A stretch of 64,000 bases of DNA from Clostridiales bacterium (GTDB lineage: Bacteria > Bacillota > Clostridia > Oscillospirales > Ruminococcaceae), in assembly GCA_019423685.1 (NCBI GenBank), contig JAHZAY010000005.1, forward strand, positions 20,057-84,056, read 5' to 3'. Both the position numbers and the translations under genes were made by a program. Under the pieces are notes generated by a model. The model saw only the letters and a program-made list of their open reading frames with translations, did not search any database and was not told the origin of the DNA. Position 1 is the first letter of the stretch, and the number at the start of each line of letters is the position of its first letter. This document shows positions 1 through 9,181 of this stretch, piece by piece.

Positions 1-2
1 CA

Positions 3-2363
3 GAAGTTCCGTTCAACAAATCCCATGTAGAAATCGGGTATTCCGACGCCAACCAGGCCCACTGGAGCTACTGCGACCCGGTGGAGGGCCGCCTGCCTCG
101 GGAGGACACCAATGAGGCCGCTACCGACACCCATGTATTGCAGCTGCTGGGGGTGGAGCCGAAAATTGGAACCTCGTTTACCGTCACCTTCGATGTAGAC
201 GGCCATGAGACCACCCAGACCTTTACCCTGTGCGGGTGGTGGGAATATGACCAAGCTGTAGTGGCCAATCACATCCTCATCCCGGAAAGCCGGCTGGAAG
301 AAGTCCTGTCACAGGTCGGCGTGACTTTCCCTACCGACGACGGCATAACAGCAAGTTGGAACCTGGATGTGATGCTCCAGAACGGCGCCCGATCAATTGA
401 ATCCGATATGGAGAAAATTTTGGCAAATCACGGCTATCAGTCCCAGACGCCCGGAGAAAACTACATCTCGATCGGCATCAACTGGGGCTATACCGGCGCG
501 CAGCTCTCGAGCAATCTGGACCCCGCTACGGCAGTCATGATCCTCGGCATCCTGCTTCTCATCTTGTTGACCGGCTATCTCATTATCTATAATGTGTTCC
601 AGATCTCTGTAGCGGGGGATATCCGCTTTTATGGCCTGCTCAAAACCATCGGCACCACCCCGCGGCAGCTCCGGCGGATCATCCGCACCCAAGCGCTGAT
701 CCTCTCGCTCATCGGCATCCCCATCGGCCTGCTTCTGGGTTGGCTGCTGGGCGGCGTGCTCACCCCCATCATCGCTGCACAGCTCAACGGGGTCACCACT
801 GTGGTCTGTGTCACTCCGCTTCTCTTTGTGGGTGCGGCCATCTTTGCTTTGGGGACGGTGCTCATCTCCTGCCGCCGTCCCGGCCGTCTGGCTGGCAAGG
901 TTTCCCCGGTGGAAGCGGTGCGCTACACCGAAGGCAAGGCGCTCAAACAGAAAGAAAAGCGAAACGGCAAGGGGGTGTCTTTGCTGTCCATGGCCTGGGC
1001 CAATTTGGGCCGCAGCCGGGGCAAGACCTTCCTCACCGTGCTGTCTTTGACGCTGGCAGTAGTGCTGCTGACCCTGACGGTGACCATCACCGGGGGCTTT
1101 GACATGGATAAATACGTCTCGAACTTCACTGCCAGCGACTTTATCCTGGCCGATGCAAGACAGTTCCAGACCGGCGGAGACGCGTTTTATGACGGAATGG
1201 AAGTACCAGAGGAAGTTATTGACGCCATCGACGCCCAAGGCGGCATCACCGGAAGCGGCCGGGTCTATGGCAAAACATCGGCTGCTGTGGAGTTTGTCAC
1301 CGAAGAATACTACCGCTCCATGCAGGGGCGATGGCTCACCCAGGAGCAGTTGGACATCGCGGTGGCTTCCCAGGAACGCACCGAGGGCGGCCTGCTGGCC
1401 GATCGGGTCCAACTCTATGGCATGGAACCTTTCGCCTTAGACCATCTGGAGGTGCTGCAAGGGGACCTCTCCAAGCTCAACGATCCCGACGGAAATTTCA
1501 TCGCCGCCGTGTACAGTGACGACGACTATGGCGAACCGATCATGGACAGCCACTGGGCCCGTCTTGGAGATACCGTGACCATCCGATATGTAGAAGAGTA
1601 CGAATACTATAATCCCACCACCGGCGAGGTTTACGGTGCCTTGGAGGATGTGCCCGAAGGTGCAAACTACGCCCAGCGGGCCGTCAAATATCGGGATGTG
1701 GACTACACCGTAGCCGCTCTGGTGGTCGTCCCCTCCGCCTTGAGCTACCGCTACTACGGCGCTGACGAATTTGTTCTCGGTGCGCAGAGATTTATTCGGG
1801 ATACCGGGACGGACTTGGTCATGTACTATGCATTCGACACCACAGATGAATCCAATGCCGCGATGGAGGCCTTCCTTCAGGACTACACGGAAAATGTAAA
1901 TCCCCAGTTTGACTATGAGAGCAAAGCCACCTATGCTGGAGAATTTGAGAGTACCCGGAATATGTTTCTCCTGCTTGGGGGCGCCCTCAGCTTCATCGTG
2001 GGTCTGGTAGGAGTGCTCAACTTCTTCAACGCCATCCTCACCGGCATCACCGCCCGCCGCCGGGAACTGGCCGTTCTTCAATCGATCGGCATGACAACCC
2101 GCCAGTTGCAGACGATGCTCGCTCTCGAAGGGCTGCTGTACACCTCTGGTTCTGTGCTGCTTGCTCTGGCTTGGATTTTGCTCACCGCCCCCTTTGTGGG
2201 TCCCGCCCTCGACAAGACGATCTGGTTCTTCACCTACCACTTCACCATCTGGCCGATTCTGGTAGTGCTGCCCCTGTTTGCCGCCCTGGGCATTGTAATC
2301 CCGGTGGCAACCTGTCGGATTACCCAGCGTTACTCGGTGGTGGAACGGCTGCGCGTGGAGTAA
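3..2363 (+). CDS. ABC transporter permease, FtsX/MacB type with two FtsX domains (5' end lies outside the window)
   Basis: The frame is open from base 3, with no stop upstream of the listed GTG at 81, so the gene starts upstream of the window. Two hydrophobic helix bundles flank a large soluble loop. The signatures GLLKTIGTTPRQLRRII and LQSIGMTTRQLQTML are typical of FtsX-family permeases. Confidence 0.8.
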   Translation, partial: EVPFNKSHVEIGYSDANQAHWSYCDPVEGRLPREDTNEAATDTHVLQLLGVEPKIGTSFTVTFDVDGHETTQTFTLCGWWEYDQAVVANHILIPESRLEEVLSQVGVTFPTDDGITASWNLDVMLQNGARSIESDMEKILANHGYQSQTPGENYISIGINWGYTGAQLSSNLDPATAVMILGILLLILLTGYLIIYNVFQISVAGDIRFYGLLKTIGTTPRQLRRIIRTQALILSLIGIPIGLLLGWLLGGVLTPIIAAQLNGVTTVVCVTPLLFVGAAIFALGTVLISCRRPGRLAGKVSPVEAVRYTEGKALKQKEKRNGKGVSLLSMAWANLGRSRGKTFLTVLSLTLAVVLLTLTVTITGGFDMDKYVSNFTASDFILADARQFQTGGDAFYDGMEVPEEVIDAIDAQGGITGSGRVYGKTSAAVEFVTEEYYRSMQGRWLTQEQLDIAVASQERTEGGLLADRVQLYGMEPFALDHLEVLQGDLSKLNDPDGNFIAAVYSDDDYGEPIMDSHWARLGDTVTIRYVEEYEYYNPTTGEVYGALEDVPEGANYAQRAVKYRDVDYTVAALVVVPSALSYRYYGADEFVLGAQRFIRDTGTDLVMYYAFDTTDESNAAMEAFLQDYTENVNPQFDYESKATYAGEFESTRNMFLLLGGALSFIVGLVGVLNFFNAILTGITARRRELAVLQSIGMTTRQLQTMLALEGLLYTSGSVLLALAWILLTAPFVGPALDKTIWFFTYHFTIWPILVVLPLFAALGIVIPVATCRITQRYSVVERLRVE

Positions 2364-2641
2364 CTGCATTTAGAAAAGTTGCAGAAATGCCTGCCGCAGC
2401 ATGAGAATGGGACAAATGGGCGTGATATAACAACTATAATTTCTTCCAACAAACTTCTCCTCTAGAAAGCTAATTTTCACCTGTCGGGCGATCGCTTTTC
2501 TGGACCCTTTTGGAGGAGGGATTTCCCTAAAAAGCTATCCATCGTGACTGACCGCCTTTACAGGCAGATTCTTTTGGAATTAAAGCCCACCCAGATGAGA
2601 TCAGGAGGGTCCCCCGTTTTGCATAATGGCCCAAACAATTG

Positions 2642-2671
2642 TTGACGTTAAAACGCTGTGTGCGCTATAAT
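2642..2671 (+). promoter_or_regulatory. putative sigma-A promoter for the LuxR-type regulator gene
   Basis: TTGACG (2642-2647), an 18 nt spacer, then TATAAT (2666-2671), about 50 nt upstream of the ATG at 2723. Confidence 0.4.
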
Positions 2672-2722
2672 CAATTTATAGATTGTATGCCGGCTTGACA
2701 TGAGATGGATGGGGGACTCAAG

Positions 2723-3934
2723 ATGAAAAATTATCTGTCGATTCGAGAGGCATCGGAGAAGTGGGGCGTCTCCGAACGAAGAATCAATCAATATTGTGTA
2801 GAAGGGCGAATTCCCGGCGCGCAGCGCATAGGGAAATCCTGGGCCATTCCCTGCAATGCAGAAAAGCCCGGGGATCCACGTCGGGTGCGCAGCCAGACAA
2901 AACCGATAATAGCCCCTCCAATTACCGACAGCCTGCTGGATCACGCAAACCTCATGCCCTTAATGAACACATCCTTCACACCCGGACACTGCCGGGAAGC
3001 GGTCGCTTCTATGGCGGCAGGACCTCGGCGGAACATTGCCATGGCGGAATATTACTATTTCACTGGAAAAGCCAAACTAGCCGCAAGGGCCGCAGAGCCC
3101 TATCTCACCAGTTCTGAGATGGGGGCAAGGCTCTCCTCCTGCCTAATTTATGCCTATTCAAACCTTTCTTTGGGGCGCATCCAGCGGGCAAGATTTGCCC
3201 TTGACGAGATGAACGCCGCCCTTTTTGCTGCTGGAAAGTTCTCGCCGCAGTTTCAAGCAGCATCGGCCTTCATCGCATCGGCCGGAGCAGTGCTTTTACA
3301 CCTGCCGCTTCCAGAAGAGCTCCCCGAAATCGAAAGTTTTCTTCCACTATTATCTCCAGGGCTTCGCGCCTTTTCCCTCTATGTGCAGGCCCACTATCTC
3401 TATCTAAAGGAAGAATACCACAAGAGTATCGGAATTGTAGAGGCTACTCTTGCCATGGGCGCAGATGCCTACCCCATCCCCGCCATCTATCTGCACCTTG
3501 TCGCGGTGATGGATTATATGAGCTTAAAGCAGCCCGAGCGTGCAAAAGCACATCTCCTGTTAGCCTGGAAAATTGCGCAACCGGACGACCTGATCGAGGG
3601 ATTTGGAGAACACCATGGACTTTTAGGGGCCATGTTGGAAGCGGTCATCAAGCCCTCATGGCCGGAAGATTTTAAACGAATTATCGAAATCACCTACCGC
3701 TTCTCTTCTGGTTGGCGCAGAATCCACAACCCCATTACAGGGGACGATGTGGCAGATGACCTGACTACCACAGAGTTTTCGATCGCCATGCTTGCAGCAA
3801 GGGGATGGACCACGCAGGAGATTGCGGAGCATCTGAACATCTCCATCAATACGGCAAAGAGTCATATTTCCGACGTCATGAAAAAGCTGAAGGTACAAAA
3901 CCGCAAAGGCCTAAAACAACACATGCTGCAATAA
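2723..3934 (+). CDS. transcriptional regulator with an N-terminal MerR/excisionase-like HTH and a C-terminal LuxR-type HTH
   Basis: The N-terminus YLSIREASEKWGVSERRINQYCVEGRIPGAQRIGKSWAIP looks like an HTH_17/MerR-type motif. The C-terminus FSIAMLAARGWTTQEIAEHLNISINTAKSHISDVMKKLKV is a LuxR/GerE HTH. I chose the ATG at 2723 because GGGGGA lies 6 nt upstream; the track ORF starts at 2705. Confidence 0.75.
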   Translation: MKNYLSIREASEKWGVSERRINQYCVEGRIPGAQRIGKSWAIPCNAEKPGDPRRVRSQTKPIIAPPITDSLLDHANLMPLMNTSFTPGHCREAVASMAAGPRRNIAMAEYYYFTGKAKLAARAAEPYLTSSEMGARLSSCLIYAYSNLSLGRIQRARFALDEMNAALFAAGKFSPQFQAASAFIASAGAVLLHLPLPEELPEIESFLPLLSPGLRAFSLYVQAHYLYLKEEYHKSIGIVEATLAMGADAYPIPAIYLHLVAVMDYMSLKQPERAKAHLLLAWKIAQPDDLIEGFGEHHGLLGAMLEAVIKPSWPEDFKRIIEITYRFSSGWRRIHNPITGDDVADDLTTTEFSIAMLAARGWTTQEIAEHLNISINTAKSHISDVMKKLKVQNRKGLKQHMLQ

Positions 3935-4050
3935 TCAAAACGCTTGCCTTTTCTCTATCAGATGAACACTTGAGCAGGATGGAGGAACCAATACGTGCCA
4001 CATTTGAGATTTTCCTTGCAATGCAAACTTTCGCTTATTTTCTTATACAG

Positions 4051-4088
4051 AAAAATCCGTTCCATTTTAAAAATGGAACGGATTTTTT
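4051..4088. terminator. bidirectional intrinsic terminator between convergent genes
   Basis: Perfect hairpin aaaaatccgttccatttt / aaaatggaacggatttttt, flanked by an A-run and a T-run. Confidence 0.7.
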
Positions 4089-4104
4089 AAGAGGGAAAAA
4101 GAAG

Positions 4105-4602
4105 CTACTCTGCCGGCTTAATCTGTGCATATCCTTTCCACGCAAACAGCGCCTTCTCTCCAATTTCTCCATATACCTTTTCTACATTGCAGATGTACAG
4201 GTAGTGGTCACCTACCTCGTGGAATTCCTTGAGGGTACACTGTATCGCCACTCTGGTGTGCAGCGGGACGAGAATTTCGCTCTCCGGCAACTGCTGCATC
4301 TCGATCTGAAACTTTCCAATCTTGTCGGTATCTCGTCCTGTGGTGCTGCCGCAGCCCAGTACCGCATCGGCAATTGCTTCTCCCGGTACGGTGAGAACGA
4401 CCTTCTTGGTTTCCCGCACCCGCTCTCCGCTATAGGAAGTCTTGGCCATCGCATAGGCGATCATATTGGGGTTATAGGACAGGTAGGTCCACCAAGATAC
4501 TGTAGCGAGGTTGGTAGAGCCATCCGGTTTGAGGGTGCATACCAGCGATACCGGATTTGGGGAGGTCAGTCGCGAGGCAAATGGCAGTTCAATTGGTTTC
4601 AT
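4105..4602 (-). CDS. flavin reductase-like (FMN-binding split-barrel) protein
   Basis: 165 aa. The N-terminal pattern LTSPNPVSLVCTLKPDGSTNLATVSWWT is typical of the flavin reductase-like domain. AAAGGAAG lies 7 nt upstream of the ATG. Confidence 0.7.
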   Translation of the reverse strand: MKPIELPFASRLTSPNPVSLVCTLKPDGSTNLATVSWWTYLSYNPNMIAYAMAKTSYSGERVRETKKVVLTVPGEAIADAVLGCGSTTGRDTDKIGKFQIEMQQLPESEILVPLHTRVAIQCTLKEFHEVGDHYLYICNVEKVYGEIGEKALFAWKGYAQIKPAE

Positions 4603-4647
4603 GAGAACACTTCCTTTCTATTTGGATAAATCGTGCTTGATAAAATA

Positions 4648-5196
4648 TTAGTGAATGGATTTTCCCAGTTCATAGGCCTGCTGCAATTCGGGTTTATCGG
4701 CGATATCTCCGACCTGCATATTCCCTCCTGCCAACACATGGCCGAGATTTTTCCACTTCAGGTGGTCCATCAGGTGGTCATAGTACAGGACAACATCGTC
4801 AAATCCGTGTCCTTCCGCAGCCATCAACAGCACTCCCGAACGGCCATTCGCCCGCAAAAAGTTGCCGTCATGCTCTTCCAGCGCGAACAAGCGGTCGATT
4901 GCGGTGCGCAGCTGCCCGCTCAGATTCCAGTAGTACAGAGGGCTTGCCAGCACCACCACATCACATTCCCTTATTGCGGGATAAATTTTCTGCATGTCGT
5001 CCTTCTGGACACAGGGACATTCCCGGCTGCTGTGGCCGCCAAAGCAGCCCTTGCACCCGTGGATCTCCATCTGATCCAGCAAAAATGCGGTGGCCGTGTT
5101 CCCTGCGCTTTCGGCTCCTTCGGTGAGGGCCTTCACCAAAGCGGAGGTATTGCCGTTTTTGCGGGGGCTGCCATTGAGAATTACAATTTTCTTCAT
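4648..5196 (-). CDS. NADPH-dependent FMN reductase / iron-sulfur flavoprotein-like protein
   Basis: MKKIVILNGSPRKNGNTSALV is the flavodoxin-like FMN reductase signature. I chose the second ATG (5196) for its GGAG spacing of 8 nt. Confidence 0.75.
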   Translation of the reverse strand: MKKIVILNGSPRKNGNTSALVKALTEGAESAGNTATAFLLDQMEIHGCKGCFGGHSSRECPCVQKDDMQKIYPAIRECDVVVLASPLYYWNLSGQLRTAIDRLFALEEHDGNFLRANGRSGVLLMAAEGHGFDDVVLYYDHLMDHLKWKNLGHVLAGGNMQVGDIADKPELQQAYELGKSIH

Positions 5197-5224
5197 CGCC
5201 ATCTCTCCTTTTTATTCCTTGCGA

Positions 5225-5872
5225 TTATTCCATGCCCCGATACACCACTTCGGAGATGGGTTTGCGGCTGGATTTAAAGCGGTTGACCGGCGCGTTTGGA
5301 TCGGGGTACCCGATGCCGATGCCCATGAGCACCGCCTTTTCCTGTGGGATTTCCAATACCTCCCGAATCAGGTCTGGATAGCCCACAAAGGCCGCTGCCG
5401 GGATGCTCGCAAGCCCGTGCTCGGTGGCAGAGAGCATCAAACTCTGCACAAAACTGCCACAGTCAAATACCGACCAACTCGGCAGGCAGCGGTCCAGACA
5501 GACAAAAATCATCGTTTGGGCGTGAAAGAGATCCCGTTTTTGCAGGGTATAGTCCAGATTTTTGTGCGGTTCATGTGCACAAATTCTATCAAAGTACTCG
5601 TCGATTTTCCCGCGCATCTGCGGCGCCCACTGCCCATCAAAACGGTTATCCAGATCTGCTCGGATTTTCTGCTTGCGGCAGCTTTCATACCCCTGACGAA
5701 TCTTGCACATTGCCTTCGGTCCGGCAACAAATATCTCCCACGGCTGGGAATTTTCACAGGATGGCGATAAAAATGCCGCGCGCAACACCTCCTCCAACTG
5801 CTCGCGCGGGACCTCACGCTCTAAAAAACAGCGGCAGGAATGGCGGCTTTCCAACGCTTGCTGTACGTCCAT
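5225..5872 (-). CDS. nitroreductase family protein
   Basis: 215 aa. The start ALESRHSCRCF, the motif SPSCENSQPW and the C-terminal IGIGYP are typical of the nitroreductase fold. It is the first gene of a three-gene flavoenzyme operon divergent from hxlR. Confidence 0.8.
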   Translation of the reverse strand: MDVQQALESRHSCRCFLEREVPREQLEEVLRAAFLSPSCENSQPWEIFVAGPKAMCKIRQGYESCRKQKIRADLDNRFDGQWAPQMRGKIDEYFDRICAHEPHKNLDYTLQKRDLFHAQTMIFVCLDRCLPSWSVFDCGSFVQSLMLSATEHGLASIPAAAFVGYPDLIREVLEIPQEKAVLMGIGIGYPDPNAPVNRFKSSRKPISEVVYRGME

Positions 5873-6055
5873 GCTGTACCTCTTTTCCCAAAGGATTGAC
5901 TTTCCCTTTGTTTTATACTATGATTATATCAAAAACAGAATATAAAATAAGTACGCACATTTATGTTATATACTAACTTAAAGGGAAGTGTTATTGTGCA
6001 TCACCTCACATGAATCCGCACCGACAAGCTGGAGGATACCGGCTTTCACTACACC

Positions 6056-6364
6056 ATGTCGCTCATCCAGAGAAAATACAAGATGTTTTTGCTGTATGCC
6101 CTGATGGGCTACGGGGTCGTTCGCTTTAATGAACTCAAACGGTACATCCCAGGCATCTCGTACAAGACCTTGAGCAGCACCTTAAAGGAGCTGGAAGCAG
6201 ACGGTCTTGTACACCGAGAAGAGTACCCACAGATTCCTCCCAAGGTGGAATACAGCCTCACAGACAAAGGCAAATCGCTTATTCCCATTCTGGACGCGAT
6301 GTGTGACTGGGGAGAAGAAAACCGCCTGTCTATGACAGAGATTGCCGAAGAAAAAAACGAATAG
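6056..6364 (+). CDS. HxlR family transcriptional regulator (N-terminus uncertain, see finding)
   Basis: RFNELKRYIPGISYKTLSSTLKELEADGLVHREEYPQIPPKVEYSLTDKGKSL is the HxlR winged-helix signature. The ATG at 6056 has no Shine-Dalgarno sequence. An in-frame GTG at 5996 has one, but it is followed by a TGA at 6011. Confidence 0.8.
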   Translation: MSLIQRKYKMFLLYALMGYGVVRFNELKRYIPGISYKTLSSTLKELEADGLVHREEYPQIPPKVEYSLTDKGKSLIPILDAMCDWGEENRLSMTEIAEEKNE

Positions 6365-6376
6365 CGGCATAAAAAA

Positions 6377-6409
6377 AGGACGCACTGCCAATGCAGTGCG
6401 TCCTTTTTT
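6377..6409. terminator. bidirectional intrinsic terminator
   Basis: Hairpin aggacgcactg ... cagtgcgtcct, flanked by an A-run (6371-6377) and a T-run (6404-6409). Confidence 0.75.
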
Positions 6410-7163
6410 AGTCTTCATCTGAGAGGATTGCGTCCATCGTCCGCGCAAACAGTTCCTGCCGCATTGCGGGCGTCATCTTCCATTCCCATTCTGGATCTTG
6501 TGGATGCAGCGGGTGCCGGTCTGAAACCATCAACACCGCTGCCACCTGCAACCCCAGGTATTTCCCGACGCTAAACAGTGCAGAGGTCTCCATATCCACC
6601 GCTACTACACCTTTCTGGCGCCAAAGTTGCTCCTTATAAAAGGTCTGCCGATAGACCGCATCGGTCGAGACAATGGGCAGAGCTTTCGCTTCCTTGATGC
6701 TGGAAAGCTTGGAAAACAGCGCTTTGTCCGGCAGGGCACAGTCGATCTGCTGATAATAGTGCAGGGACGTTCCTTCCTCCACAAATGCTCTGTCCGGGAC
6801 AAGGACATCTCCCACCTGCGCCTGATCGGAAAATCCTCCGCACATTCCAACCGAAAACACCTTTTGTACGCCGAGAGCCGCGATGATCTCCAGCGTATCG
6901 ACCGCCTGCGGTGCACCGCGCCCTCCGTCCAAAAAGCAAATCTGCTCGTTGAGCTTCCAAACCGGGCCTCCCTGCAAGAAGCGAGGCAGCTTTTCGGTCA
7001 ACAGCGTGCAGGGATAGTGGTCCAAAAGATATTGCGGACCACTGTGCATATAAAAGAGAATAGCCGTCTGTGGCAGGCTAACAGGCGCGCCATTGTGCGT
7101 GGATTCCACATGTGCCTTGGCTGTAATGACCGGCGCCGTTTTGTCCTCGTCAAATTTCCACAT
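6408..7163 (-). CDS. nucleoside phosphorylase family (PNP/UDP_1-like) protein
   Basis: The motifs GGRGAPQAVDTLEIIAALGVQKVFSVGMCGG and AVDMETSALFSVG are typical of the purine/uridine phosphorylase superfamily. GAGGGGGG lies upstream of the ATG. Confidence 0.7.
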   Translation of the reverse strand: MWKFDEDKTAPVITAKAHVESTHNGAPVSLPQTAILFYMHSGPQYLLDHYPCTLLTEKLPRFLQGGPVWKLNEQICFLDGGRGAPQAVDTLEIIAALGVQKVFSVGMCGGFSDQAQVGDVLVPDRAFVEEGTSLHYYQQIDCALPDKALFSKLSSIKEAKALPIVSTDAVYRQTFYKEQLWRQKGVVAVDMETSALFSVGKYLGLQVAAVLMVSDRHPLHPQDPEWEWKMTPAMRQELFARTMDAILSDED

Positions 7164-7190
7164 ACTTTCCCCCCTCTGTTAAAAGAGGTC

Positions 7191-7742
7191 TTATACCCTC
7201 TTATAGATAATCGGGACGTCGTAACCGAAGGTGCGGTTGCCATTTACCTCCATCGACTCCGAAACTTCCAGCTGCTCTTCAGAAAAACGCTCAAACAGGG
7301 AGAACTTGAGTACCGGAGAGAACATGCTCTCGCTGCCACCTTCCCACACGCCGTCGTGTTCACGGTACAAAGCGGGCGTAAATTTCGCCGACGGTTTTAA
7401 ATCGGAATAGGCTACCGGCTTCAGATTTTCCGCTGTAAAGCTGTCCTTGTCATATCCTTCCGGCATCTCATAGGAGGTAAGCTGGATTCCTCCCTCCTCC
7501 TCGGTAAACAAAAACAGATGCGGGGAAGCGTTGGTTCTGTCCCCAACGGTGTAGTAGCTCTCTTCCAGTACAAATACCCCTGCAAAGCCTTCCGGCAGGC
7601 CGGTAATCTTGTCGTTGCAGGCAGTGTTGACGTGACGTGCCAGCGGGAATTTATCGTTTCCCTGTGCCTTCATCTGTTCATACTGCTCTGCGTTATCAAA
7701 CTTTCCTGTCAATAACTTTGTAAACTGTTGGATTGCATTCAT
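7191..7742 (-). CDS. CpcT/CpeT-like (DUF1001-type beta-barrel) protein, function unknown
   Basis: The ORF has a good RBS (AAGGAGA, 7 nt). The N-terminal LLTGKFDNAEQY resembles the L-x-G-x-F-x-N-x-x-Q signature of CpcT/CpeT-family proteins. The family call is by eye only. Confidence 0.45.
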   Translation of the reverse strand: MNAIQQFTKLLTGKFDNAEQYEQMKAQGNDKFPLARHVNTACNDKITGLPEGFAGVFVLEESYYTVGDRTNASPHLFLFTEEEGGIQLTSYEMPEGYDKDSFTAENLKPVAYSDLKPSAKFTPALYREHDGVWEGGSESMFSPVLKFSLFERFSEEQLEVSESMEVNGNRTFGYDVPIIYKRV

Positions 7743-7819
7743 TTTTCATTCTCCTTTTTTTGCTTATTTTCCACACTCGATCGTTTAATCGGTGGAATTA
7801 TCTTTTTTTCTCAACTATA

Positions 7820-9181
7820 TCACGCAGTAAAAAAATAGAGCAATAAACTCAAAGCTAGGAGGTCTGCGCAACCTCCCGGGCTGATCCTCTTTTCGGTAAA
7901 CCTTTGGTCGAGCTGGCGCAGCCGCTCAGCGGTAGGTCCCAAAGCGAGCGTGTTGGCTGCCTGTTCCTGAGCCCAATGCAGCGTATCGAGGTCAGAGCGG
8001 ATGAGGATGTTGGTGTCCTGTACCTTTGCAATCAGCTGCAACAGCGCAAAAAGGGCGGCGTCGTTGAGGCTTTTGCCCTCCCCCACAGCTTGTCGGAGCG
8101 CCGGAAGCGCAATTTGTAGCACCGACGGAAATCCCGCTGCGGCCTCCCCGCGGATTCCTGTGACCTGATAGTGCAGGTACAGTCGCTCTCCGTGGGTAAG
8201 CTGGTCCTTCTTATCGAGTCCCTCAAAGTCGCGCAATAGATCCTCACAGAGGATTTTACAGCGCTGGGCAAAGACACACAGGTCAAATGGTTGCCCTATG
8301 AAGCTTCCCAACACCGCACAGAAGATCCCCATTGAAAAGATCGCACCCTTGTGGGTGTTGATCCCTCCAGTCGCGAGAAGCATCCGCTCTTCGGCCAGCT
8401 TGCCATCCATGCGCAGCAGCAAAAAAAGTTCTTTTGGCTTTTCTCGGTACAGCGCTCCCTTTGTTGCACAGTCACGAAAGTAGGGGTACAGTGCGCTGGC
8501 GCTGCTCAAAAAGGTAAACTCATCCATATCGCGGTGCGCCCCGCTGTTTTCTCGGTCCACAAGTCCCGGTTTTGGCGCGACGTGCACCTCATACAACAGG
8601 GCTCGGCAGGCCAGCCCCGCTACCTTGTCCGCCCACTCTTCGATCCTGTAGCCGTCGATCAGCTCCACCGTGCGGCGCAGCAGTTGCTGTACGCTGTGCC
8701 GCCTGCTGCGCGCGCAGGCAGCCGCCATCTCCCCGCACAAAAGACACCTTCTGGGCGGCAGTCCCAGTTGTTGGCGGGAAATCTTGGGGACATCCTTTGC
8801 CAACACATCGATATCAAACAACCGTCCGAGCGCAAAGCCCTCCTCAATCTCCACCATTCTCCTCTTGGTGGTGACAAGGTCGAGGTCGGTCAAGAGATAG
8901 AGCTCATCGCCCGTTCTGTCGTGGCGTTCAACCGACCGCAGGATCTTGGCCTGTTCAAAGCGCAGTTGGGTGAGGATGCGGTGTTTTCCTTCTTCAAAGG
9001 CTATGGAAAAGAGGGGCGCGCTCTTGATTGCCCCGGCAATGTTTAAGGTAAAGCTGATGAGCGTTCCCGCATTGCAAAGCATCTCCTGTTGGGTGGCGGC
9101 GCGCCTCTCCCGTGCATCCAAAATTTCCTGCAAGCTCAGCGGCGGCACTTCGAGTATCTGCTGTAAATCCTGTTCTATCAT
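7820..9181 (-). CDS. citXG: bifunctional CitX-CitG: holo-ACP synthase fused to triphosphoribosyl-dephospho-CoA synthase
   Basis: At 453 aa it equals a CitX-sized N-terminal part (LQEILDARERRAATQQ) plus a CitG-like C-terminal part (KPGLVDRENSGAHRDMD, GGINTHKGAIF). The start overlaps the citC stop by 4 nt. Confidence 0.85.
   Translation of the reverse strand: MIEQDLQQILEVPPLSLQEILDARERRAATQQEMLCNAGTLISFTLNIAGAIKSAPLFSIAFEEGKHRILTQLRFEQAKILRSVERHDRTGDELYLLTDLDLVTTKRRMVEIEEGFALGRLFDIDVLAKDVPKISRQQLGLPPRRCLLCGEMAAACARSRRHSVQQLLRRTVELIDGYRIEEWADKVAGLACRALLYEVHVAPKPGLVDRENSGAHRDMDEFTFLSSASALYPYFRDCATKGALYREKPKELFLLLRMDGKLAEERMLLATGGINTHKGAIFSMGIFCAVLGSFIGQPFDLCVFAQRCKILCEDLLRDFEGLDKKDQLTHGERLYLHYQVTGIRGEAAAGFPSVLQIALPALRQAVGEGKSLNDAALFALLQLIAKVQDTNILIRSDLDTLHWAQEQAANTLALGPTAERLRQLDQRFTEKRISPGGCADLLALSLLLYFFTA

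Noticed and set aside
393-1412. 339-aa ORF antisense to the FtsX permease gene, plus several smaller overlapping ORFs from 629 to 2404.
   Set aside because: It lies fully inside a gene with clear family motifs on the other strand. Its Arg/Gly/Ala/Pro-rich composition is typical of antisense frames in GC-rich coding DNA, and it has no RBS.
6011-6013. The in-frame TGA in the hxlR 5' region read as selenocysteine or as a recoded sense codon.
   Set aside because: TGA clearly works as a stop for neighbouring genes, for example the RnfD-like and RnfE-like genes. The position does not align with the conserved redox Cys of HxlR-family proteins (that position is Thr here). I see no SECIS-like hairpin immediately downstream.
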